Shown here in pieces: positions 52,801 through 64,000 of a DNA stretch of 64,000 nt; positions within the stretch are counted from its first letter, which is position 1, and each line of letters begins with the position of its first letter. The stretch lies in assembly GCA_028023455.1 (NCBI GenBank), contig JAQFVV010000005.1:12586001-12650000 (forward strand), in the 5' to 3' direction. The notes beneath the pieces were generated by a model, which saw nothing but the letters and a program-made list of their open reading frames with translations, was not told the origin of the DNA and searched no databases. The position numbers were made by a program, and so were the translations under genes. This stretch comes from Epiperipatus broadwayi. Its lineage: Eukaryota > Animalia > Onychophora.

Positions 52801-55508
52801 ATGAACTTTTACATTTAATTCTGAGGGATCCATAACTAGAGATCAACTTTATTCAAATCCTATTATCATCTTGGTTGCCTAGTTTTAAAATTGCTAAATA
52901 AATTTTAGAACCATAAACTATTATAATTGCGAGAATATTTAGTTGACACATCATAATTTATTCTAGCTAAAACAGGACATTAAATAAACATTTAATGTAA
53001 TTGAAAAATAATAACTATAATGGTTGGCTAGCTTGCACCATAAGCTGATTAACATTTTCCAATATATTTTATAGTCAGGCACTTATTTATATCTTACTAT
53101 TAATAAAGTAATAATAACAAAAATAGAAAATTAAGTTTGATCTAACTTATTGCTTTTAAATTAGATGGCTAATATGATGATGATAACTATCATCATCACA
53201 TCCTAACTGATTATTGCTTAGCATTATGTTAATCATGTAAAACTAAATGGTAAATAAAAAGCATTCATCAGAAGTCATACATACCCTAATATTTAATTTA
53301 TTTAATGTCCACCAAATAATATTAAATTATTAATTTTTAAGAGACTTATAAACCCCTCGGCGAATTTCTCCATATGATGCATATAAAATAGCATTGTGTC
53401 TGTGTATTCCCATCATGCTATGCTTTAAACTGAGTAATTAAATTATTAAATCTTGTGGATTTGCTTATATATCACTGGCAAAGCACAGTAGCACAATACG
53501 AATATTATTATCAACCAAAGTCCTGAAAATTACTAAATGCACTTGAGGAGATGACTACCTCAACAACTAACTACCATTGCTATAACTTGCATAAATACAA
53601 TATTCTACACCTTCTATGGTGGAAAATTTAATCTTTCAAATAGCACATGAGGGATAACATTACTGAAAATAAGCTCCTCAGAGCAAGATAACATGACTAT
53701 AATAATGGTGGCTTCCAAGCCTATCTCTCAGGCATAAGTGTAGGTGTGGATGCAGTCTCACCACCTAAGGAAAAGGAAAACATACCAAAGACAAATGATC
53801 CTCTCCATGGATCTAGCTATCTAAACTGTATATGAAAATATCTTGAAAAACATGGAAAACATTGTCCTCTCATGGCAAATGCATATAATAATGAGAGAGC
53901 ATCTCCATACCACAAACATAATAAATAGTATATTAAAGCATAACTAATTCTAACACTGGCAAGATACAAATTTATCACTAATAGCTTATATCAACACTAA
54001 ACTCCACACGTTAAGCAATATCCGAAACCCACAGGAAAGTATTAATCAAAACGACTATAAACTCCTTAAAATAGCATAGTAAATATTTGCATAAGATAAG
54101 GAATACGCACACAAACAATGAGCATAGTAAATATGAATGAAATTATAGTGGACAGACTGACACAATAAATATTATTAATTAAATGGCTATAACAAAAAAA
54201 ATTGTTTTCAGAAAAGTGCAGAATGCAATTTCTGTTAAATATTAAACTTCTGATAAACACATTCGGTTGTTTGCCCTTAAAATTACAAAAGAATAGCAAC
54301 TTTAAATTAAACACTTCACCAATATATTTAAATTTATCTGTGTGTAATAAAAATATCTACACACTTTATTGCAAATTCCTTGAGACAGCTTCAAATAATA
54401 AAGTAAGATGACTTGACAAATAAAATAAAGCATAAAAAATATATATAACTATTATGTTACCATTTTTTTAAAATAAAATAAAAATAATAATGATAATAAT
54501 AACGATAAACTTAGTTCAATAGTATCCCATGTCGTTTGTGGTATAATATCGATGCATTCATACTTTTTAAACCCATATACATATTTTTTTTTTAAAACAA
54601 CAAAGTAGCTACAACTTTCACTACCATAGATTTTACTTTAAACATGAACAGGTATGGATCCATTGTACAAAGATACAATGTGTAAATTTATTAGTAAATG
54701 TAGAATTCTAGTAACTGTCAGCAGTTTCATTAATCCCTTATTATCATTTATCAACTCTTCTTTCATTTTATTCTGGTTTATTCAATTTAATTTCTTAACA
54801 GCAATTTTTTTTTAAAAAGTTTCCATTCTCTTTGCAAACGCAGGAGAGCAACGAACATTTCCTTCATAAAAAAAAAAATATTTTTTTAATAAAATGTAAA
54901 TTTCAGAAGGCAGTATTAAATTTGCAGACTTTTTAAAATCATTTGGCATTTCTTTGGTTTAAAAGTTAATAATTAATAACAAAGCATTTATTCAAGTTAG
55001 CTTTATTTTTGAACAGTTCTTAATTAATTTTTTTTTTAACTTGTTTTTAAATTTGCATCCCCAAAAGAAAATAATATTTATTATCATAAAATGATTTGGT
55101 ATATTGATCAATATGATTTTCCTAATTAATTGAAACATTTCACCTGTTAAACTTTAAAGTTGAATAATAGTTCTACTTTTTGAAAATTAAGTAATAAACA
55201 ATGAGGATTATCTTGGCAGATAATGTTACTATGACATTCAGAAAAGTTTTAGTTTAACTAAAACATGAAACTGGTACCTTACTTCATCCTAAGTTAACAA
55301 TTTTAAAGAAATATACTTTATCACTTGTTTTATAAAAATAAAAACTTAGAAAAATTACACTATTTAAATTTAATCAATGACAAAAGTCAGTGATTAAAAA
55401 AAAGTCAGTCTGAAGCCCCTTTTGTCTTAATTTTTTTTAAAAAAATAGACATCACATGTCAGTAAGAATCATAGATCACATGACCCTATTCTCTTAAGCT
55501 TGTAAGTT

Positions 55509-55806
55509 ATAAACAATGAGGATTGCCAATTCCTCAACAAGCTTTGTGATAAATGCTTAGCCAGAGCCAGCATTTAAAATATCTCTGTCAGGAAACCCCC
55601 CCAAAACCCTGACCATAGTTTTGTGCTTTGGCACTCCTCAGAGAGGTGCCATCTGAACCGACCCTGGCACCTCTCTGAGGAGTGCCAAAGCACAAAACTA
55701 TGGTCAGGGGTTTGGGGGGGTTCCTGACAGAGATATTTTAAATGCTGGCTCTGGCTAAGCATTTATCACAAAGCTTGTTGAGGAATTGGCAATCCTCATT
55801 GTTTAT
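55509..55806. repeat. Near-perfect 298-bp palindrome
   Basis: Arms at 55509-55651 and 55665-55806 differ at only a few positions, all in the C/G-run segment. The loop is TCTGAACCGACCC (13 nt). Confidence 0.97.
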
Positions 55807-56559
55807 CACATGTCAGGGTTCTGCATTCTAATTTTAAGGTTAATAACAAGTCAACTAATTAAAATGAATAAAGTTTTTTAAAAATAATAAACAGAAAATA
55901 AATATAATAATTTACTGACCCTCATATTTCAAATCTAATAATATTTTTAATTTTACCGTGATTTCATTTATACCAGAAGTTTAAAATAATACATTTAACC
56001 TTTTACTTGCCAAGTTTATTATATATTTTAATTTTAAAGTTTAATAAATAAATATTTTAATGAATAGAATCAAAGATTTAAAAATCAATAAGTAAATACA
56101 TGCATGCACACACACATAAGAGTCAGAAACTAATTTTATTTAAGACAAGCTTATTTTAATAATAAACTTAACTTTGAATAACTAAATGCTATTGAATTAT
56201 TTTAATAATTAACTGAAATATAAATTATAAATGTAATTAACTGAAATAATTTACCCAACTTATTAGCAATTTAGTAACCTAATAAATTTTAAACACTAAC
56301 AATTAAAATATTCATTCAGTTAGCTTTCTTTCCTTATTTCTTTGTCTTCTTTTAACTTTTATAAAAATTAACATTATGAACGCACACTTTATTAAATATT
56401 AACCAAATATGTGTATAGCAGTTATATAATTTATTAATACCTTTTATTAAATAATTATTTAAATCTAAATATATGAAATATTGCCTATTAAGTGATACAA
56501 TGTTATTTACATATTAAATAATATAGTTTTATGTCTCTAGTTATTAGTTTTATTTTATC

Positions 56560-57400
56560 TTTTATTTTTTTAGATGGTTAATTATCATATAATCCACTAT
56601 TAAAATATTCAATAAAAGCATGACATGTTTTAACTTTGTTTTTATAGAATTTTTAGTTTCTCCCATAAATTTATTTTCAATCCCACTATGTAAACATTGT
56701 TTGCATTTTATCATATACACTCCATTAATTGTTTCTTTATCTTTATTATGCCTATGTATTTGTTATCCAGTAAATTTAATAGCTTTTTCCTTTTTCTTAT
56801 TAACTATTTTCATATTGCATTTCTTATTAATCTTTTTAATACTTTTATTACACCTATTCACTATAGTATTATTATTTATTTTTATTCCTATATATCTGCT
56901 TTCACTTTTATTTTTCCCTTCATTCTTTTCATTTTAGTTATCCTATACTCTAATTTTTAAATACTTCTTTTAAAACTCGTTGATTAAATCTTTTTATTTA
57001 TTATATTCTTTTTTGGACTATACATTATAGTCCTGTATTTTCTTGAATAGAAAACCAACTAGTTATTTTAGTACCATTATTATTTTTCTCATAAATATTT
57101 GTTTGAATATACCATTTTTTATCTATCAATTTCTTTTGAAACATTATATCTAGATATGCAATTCCATTCTTTTCTTCTTTTTCAACTGTAAATGTTATCC
57201 CTTCCATCTTATTAATATCATTAATAAATCAGTTTATTTGTCTTTAGCTTTTATTAAAAATCAGCAAATAATCATCTACATATCTGTTAAAAAATAAAGA
57301 AATATTTTTATTTTCTGTTATATTTTTATCAATATTCAAAAGTTATATCCTTACAACATAATTCCATTAAATTTACCAATATATTAGTACGGTCCGAAAG
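56560..57400 (-). mobile_element. AT-rich PLE fragment (RT + GIY-YIG)
   Basis: YVDD is encoded at 57282-57271. ORF 57025-57207 has TFTVEKEE...AYLDI, and ~56730-56630 gives GVYMIKCKQC...MGETKNSIK. Confidence 0.85.
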
Positions 57401-58192
57401 AAAATGAGATCAATTTAGTCTTACTGTATCTACACTACAGAGCACCACTAGGCTACTTAGAACCTAGAAAATTTATATAGGAGGCAGATACATAAATTAA
57501 GATTATTTTTTTATATATTTTATTCAGACCGTCAGCCCATTGCCACTAGCTCAGTGAGATGCAGAGATTTATAAAATATGAATTCTTATCTAAAAATATT
57601 TTCAATATTAAAACAAAAAATAAAAGTAAGCCACTGCCAGTAATTAACACACAAACATTTATTTACGCACATATAAATAAAGAATTAGCATTATTACTTT
57701 AGTCTAACTTTTATTTTTTACAAAACATTATAACTAATTTTACTTTAGATTTTAATTTATAATTTAACTGTTTTTATTTTATTTTAAAAGTTTGCACAGA
57801 TGAGTTTAATATTTTATTAAAGTGTCGAGTATGAATAGACTACATAGATTGCATTTGAAAAGAAAATATTCAATCTCTTATTTAACCTTAGGCCAAAAGT
57901 TTGCAGTTAAACTAACGTCAATCCATCCGATACATCGGTGTATTCAATGTAGCATGAATACAACAGCACAAAATACCATACTGTCAGGAATGTACATCTG
58001 AACAGCATGGTTAGGTTATAGAAGACATTGTCTCTCGTTCAGACAGGAATACTACATCTGTCTGATGAGAAGAGCAATAAAAAAAAAACTCCATAGGAAG
58101 GGACTGCGTTTTCCATCTTACCATCCCATTCCATAGGCAAAAAGGGGGTGTGCAGCATAATATAAGATCCTGCACGTAGTGAATCTCATTAC

Positions 58193-58380
58193 GGGGGGGG
58201 GGGGGGGCGGGGGGAGAGTTGGGAGGGATGGGGTGAAGAGTTGGAGGTGGGGTGGGAAGGGAGTTGTCTTTATCTGAGCTTGAGATTGTGAGAGATGGAG
58301 GTGGGAGAAATGTATTGGGTTTAATATATGTGTAGGGTATAGGAGAGATAGTGTGGAGAGTGGGGGGGAGTGGACTACAT
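58193..58380 (+). other. G-rich purine tract with G-quadruplex potential
   Basis: A long G run followed by many G3-G6 tracts with short loops, e.g. GGGAGGGATGGGG and GGGGTGGGAAGGG. Confidence 0.6.
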
Positions 58381-61300
58381 CTACTAATTACACAAATATA
58401 TCCAAGCCATTGACCCAATTTAACTACGAAACAAATAACTTAAGATTACCCTCCCTTAAACTAACATATATAACTTTACAAATCTATGCAGCTATTCACG
58501 CCTGACTTAAATTTAACATTTATATAAGCTATTTAAAAGGAAAAAAAATCATAGTAAAAACTTAAAAGAGCAGAAAAAATAAATTAATGGAAATGATTTA
58601 CAAAAAATAATAATACATTCAATAAAATAATTATTAATAATTTAATTTGGTCAGATAGGATTCTATTTCTATTAAAGATGGAACAAGTTTTAGAATTATC
58701 ATTCTTATTCTTTTCAAATACTGGAGTTTTAAAATTATAGTTAAAGCTTATTAGAGTTCATAAAGTTCTTACGGTTTAAATGAAAAGTTTAATTAAAGTT
58801 CATTCATTTAAGTTCTTACTGTTTTAAAAATCCATGCTTAGCAGTTGCTTGCCATTTGGAGCCAGCGTTAATTCCCCCGATGTCCTGTGGTCCTCAATAT
58901 ATGGAAAAATGATGTCATTTCTCTTTCCTTTTAACAAAACTGAAGGGATTAAAGAGTGTGTCTTTTCAATCCCTTCTCCTTTAATTCTCTAGCACATCTC
59001 TGCTTTCACATCTCTATCTTCTTTTAATCTTTCTTCACTCACTAAAATTTATTTCCAAACTTTTTCTTTTTATATTAATTTTGCGGATTCAGTGGACATT
59101 ACGTCATGACGATGGTGACGGTCTTTTCATTGTGATCCATTTCCTGAGGGATTTCTTTTATTGGCAATTAGTTTCTATTGTTTTTTCTCTCCTATCTGAC
59201 CTTTACCTATACATTTTGAAATGCCCAAGGGCTAGTTCACTTGGACTAATTAAAATAATCATTTCCATTTTACAATAACATTAATTAATTTCTTGTACAA
59301 ACTTAGATACATTTTTATCTTTAAATCTTTACTGAAAATTTAGTTTTAAACTACTTTTTTTTCTTCTTAATAAAGTTTTTGTTTAATAATTTTTTATCTG
59401 TGCGATTTTATATATTAGAGTTTAGATGATTTTTAATTTTCAATTTTTAATTCTTAAAAAAAAAAAAAGTTTTTATTTGCGAACTTTTATTTTTCATGTT
59501 TAATTTAAAAAAAAAATAATGTAATGGTGTATGTGCCCGTTACAATATGAATAGGTAACTTTTTTATTTGTACCTTTAATATTTTTCTCTAAAACTAAAT
59601 TTATTGCTTTTTCTACTTTTAAATTTGTATACATTGAAATTGTAACAGTCAAAATTTGTCTATCTCACTAACACACTGCAGAATTTAAACCCCAGACATG
59701 GAAGTCAACCCTAGGGAGAGTGGCCTCCCAGAAATCCCAAGTTCGAATCCTAAGTCTGAGCTCCATGATGCCATCTACGTGATAACGCATCTGATGCTAC
59801 TAATAGTATAATTTCTTGCCAGTGCCGGTGGTCAGGGAGAAACAAGAGACTCTAAAACTAAAATAGCCCTAGGTTCATCTAACAATAACTTATTGATGTG
59901 CCAAAGATAAGCCTAATATGGGTATGTAACTTAGATTGCACCTCAGATAAATAAACAAAAGTAACTATTTAATTAATACACTTTTTGAACATATAAAGTT
60001 ATAAAATATGCCCTCCAGATTGGATAGCAAAAAATATATATATTTGTACTTCTTACTTGAGTTATTTTGTTATTATAACGTGTCTGTTATATTAAAAGGT
60101 AAGTATGTGCAAGCTATGCAAAGCATTAAAGCAATTTAAATGACTAATTAAACGTAAAAAAGGGAATTTTAAATTAATAAGAGGGAGGCTCGCGCGAATG
60201 TTGATTCTAATTCTAAGATAAAACTATACTGCGGATTCATCTAATCAAATGTAATAATAAGTTCTTATGGGAATATGCGGTGGTGCTAGTGAGATAAAGT
60301 GTGAAGGATGGAGTACAATGTTGGAATCATGGCTTTACCAGAAAACAAGTAAATAAAACTAAATTTGAAGTTTGGATAGGCATTTTGCCATTTATCCAGG
60401 ACATCTCTAGTCCTTACACATTCCAAGCCTGACCCACATCCAGGAGCTTCATGACTCTGGGGACAAATGCGAATAAATTCCCCAGTGAGACATTTATGTC
60501 ACACTCTAATGGGAACCGCGTAGTAAAACAGGGACACAAACTCCACCATCAACGAACTTGGGAAAAGTAAAGTGAATTTAATACTCCAGCACATTCACCA
60601 GCAATACACAACTTAATTTTAAAATATATATAAAAACAGCGGTTTACAAAAAAGGCAGAATAACTCGTTCTTAAATTTATTTTATGGCCAGCCTTTCTCA
60701 ACAAAAGGAAAATTTAAATGAAAAACTATTTTAAGTGATATGTAACATAATTATCTTAAAACAGTTAATAAAAGGGAGGGGGAATGCATACTTGTGATTT
60801 AGTAATTAATATGGCAACCAAGCATTTATAAAAATTTTCTTACACAACTCCCACAGGCTTGAAAGAATAAATATAAAATCACATTATAATAAAGCATTTA
60901 AAATAAAACATTATACATATAAAAAAAGGTAACCCAAGTAGAAGAAGCATAACATGCAATAAGGAAGGATTAAATAAATACACACGATAAATACATAATA
61001 TGAAGTACATTATTAAAGATCGCTATAGTTTAAGGTTTACGAGATCTCAGATTACCTTTCAATTACCTCACTTTGCTAGGGCAGTCTGTAAGCATTTCCC
61101 AAAATTTAAATAGAGTGCTTGAGCAAACTTTTGGTTCTCCTCTGTGATGACAGATTTTACAAGCAGCATAATTCAGGATGTTTTACAATTCAGCTTCTAT
61201 GAGCAGCATTACTTCTGATGGTTTAGTTGGCATTTTTAAGAACAATTACAGGACTTCAGATAGAGAGTGATGGTGGCGAGAAAGCCATTCTGAGGGGAGA

Positions 61301-62599
61301 TGGCCCACTCCCTTTTACCCCATCATTCTAAAGTTGACAATTGCGGGAATTTCTGAATATAGTTCACTTCTCATAGAGAATCCAATAGGTGATTTCTTTG
61401 ACCAACTTCTTTTTCTTTTCTTTCTTCAAACTTGTTATTCCAAACTTTAAAACTTATTTCTAACCTATAACTCAGATTTTAGATAATTAAAATCTATATT
61501 AATATGTTTAAAACTTGTCTCTTGGATAACTATAATTTATATATCTTTATCACAAAATCAGCCTTATTTATACTCCCACATTAAACAATCACTTTTGCTT
61601 TGTGCTAATGAAATCCATTACTTAAAATGTATTATTTAGATCAGATACTGAAGAATGCACTTTTAATTAAAATTTATTATATGCACATTATGAAATATTC
61701 TGATCCAATTTATTTAATTAAAATTTAATTGCTAAACTTTTGTCTTATAATTAATCAAAAAAATCCACTAGTGAAAGTGGCATAAACAGTTTAAAATTAG
61801 CCACTATTGTTCTCCTTCTCCCACCCTCATTGATTTTTTTAAAAGAAAATGGCTTAATTCTAAAATCTAAGATATAAAATTTACTTAAAACTTATTTTCA
61901 AAATCTTAATGTTTAAGTCTATTTATAAGTGATATCATTTTATTAAATGGTAACAAAACTTTTTTTAAATGAAAATCTAAAACAAAATGAAGATAAATAT
62001 CCCTCCAAACAACAACTTTATAACTAAAATATTATTTTACTTAACATTTTAAAATATATTATTTTACTCAAAGTTTTATATCTATTATCGCAGTATGTGG
62101 GTAAATGGGAGTATATGACCTTTTGTTGTACGAGTATATACGTAAATATACTCAACGGTTTGAAAATAAAACCGTTAAGAGAATTTAATTGTTATAAAAC
62201 CCATGGGTACCCATTAAAAATATAAATTTAGGCAGGATTTCGGTAAATATATGCAGTACGCACACCCTACGATAAAATTAAGGTTTGAAATAGTTATGAG
62301 AGTAGGTAAAAGGAAGGCAAAGTGAAACTAAGATTTACAGGGCATTTCTTACTGTTTCAATATACTGCCCATTTTTATAAATGTTAAAGATTTCTGTATT
62401 CATATTTTTTTAAATATATCATTAATTTTTGTTATTAAAATTTCATAATTTTTAATTTTCAGATTTTAATATTCTTCAGCATATTTTTGCAAAAATTTCA
62501 TTCGATAATCATTTTGAAACTTTTTCTAAATGAGATGCAATTGGCCCTAATATGTAGAACAGCTAGAAAGTATGGGGTTCCAAAAATTAACAAAGAAAA

Positions 62600-63900
62600 C
62601 ATTAGAAAAAGTTTCTAAATAGTTATTGAATGAAATTTTTAAAAAATATGCTGAAGAGTATGAAAATTCAAAAATTATAAATAATACAAATTTAATAAAA
62701 GAAGTTAATGACACATTTAAAAAATATGAATACAGAAATTTAATATTTATAAAAATGGGTATTATGTCAATGTATATAAATTTAAATGTAGAAAAAGCAA
62801 TAAAATTAACTTTAGAGAAATATACTAAAGATAAAAATAAAAAAATAAAGTTATTTAATTTTTATAAAATGGAATTATGTTGTAAGGATATAACTTTTGA
62901 ATATAATAAGAAATTTTATAAACAAAAGGAAGGATCATTAATGGGAGGAGCTCTGAATGCAATTCTAAGCAACATTTATATGAATGAGTTTGATAAAAAT
63001 ATAACAAAAATACTTCTTTAGTTTTTAACAGATGTATAGTTGATTATGTGATGATTTCTAATAAAAGACAAATAAACTAATTTATTAATGATATTAATAA
63101 GATGGCAGGAAATATAATATTTACAATTGAAAGAGAAGAGTTGATTGATAGAAATGTTATATTCAAACAAAAATTTATAAAGAAAATAATAATGGTAATA
63201 ACATAACAAAATTGTTTTCCAACATTGATAGGAAATAGAAAATTAGTTGTATATATACAGGGCTATAATGTATTGTTCAAAAAAATAAGACTATAATTAA
63301 ACAAAAAGATTTACTAATCAAAAAGTTAAAAAAGAGTAATTTTCCTTTACATATAATTAAAAGAAGTATTGAAAAAGTAGAGTATAGAATAAATAAAATT
63401 GAGAAGAATGAAGGAAAAGACAAAAGTGAAGACGTATATAGGAATAAAAACAAATAATATTATAGTAAATAAATCTAATAATATTATAAAGATCAATAAG
63501 ATATGCAAAAGAATAATATAAAAATAGTTAATAAAAAAAGAGAAAATGTATTGGATTTACTGGATAATAAACACATAAGGTACAATAAAGATAATAATAT
63601 GATAAAATGCAAACAATGTTTATATAGTAGGATGAGCACAAATATGTGTGAGAAACTAAAAATTCTGTAAAAACAAGGTTAAAAACTGTCAGATAATAAA
63701 TCACCAATATATGTATATAAAGGATACAGGACACAAATTTACAGAAAGTTCAATGAAAATGATGTTACATACAGATAATATTAAGAAAAAAAATAAAAGA
63801 AGCAATACTGATAAAAGAGATAAAACCAAAATTTAATACAGAATGACATTATTATAAATATATTTCTTTGAAAAGGTATATAAAGAAAAATATATAAAGA
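62600..63900 (+). mobile_element. AT-rich PLE fragment, same family as 56560-57400
   Basis: ORF 62626-63021 has FYKQKEGSLMGGALNAILSNIYMNEFD (RT). MIKCKQC lies at ~63600 and a KEAILIK EN tail at ~63800. There is direct nucleotide homology to the reverse complement of 56560-57400. Confidence 0.85.
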
Positions 63901-64000
63901 GAAAATTACTTATAAATAAATTGTTTTTAAAAAAATGCTTATAAAGGAGTATAGATACAATTTATTTATAGATAATACATATTAATGAGATAAAAAACTT

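Noticed and set aside
58035-58100. CTGATGA preceded by a hairpin (type-III HHR candidate)
   Set aside because: No GAAA follows the putative stem II and there is no UH triplet in the correct position.

Overview
AT-rich, CpG-depleted eukaryotic DNA. It looks like an invertebrate, probably an arthropod, but the species cannot be determined from the sequence. There is one clear host coding region: a single 3,045-bp ORF (13738-16782, +) encoding 33 tandem C2H2 zinc fingers. The rest is mostly decayed transposable elements. These comprise at least five Penelope-like element (PLE) fragments (RT plus C-terminal GIY-YIG), an Ingi/Vingi-like LINE, RTE remnants, two internally deleted Gypsy-like LTR elements, two hAT transposase fossils, a deleted mariner and several fold-back elements. 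The most notable hidden signal is a set of minimal type-I hammerhead ribozyme (HHR) motifs. Most are coupled to tRNA-like Pol III A/B boxes, in two different architectures. All translations, alignments and folds below were done by eye, not computed.
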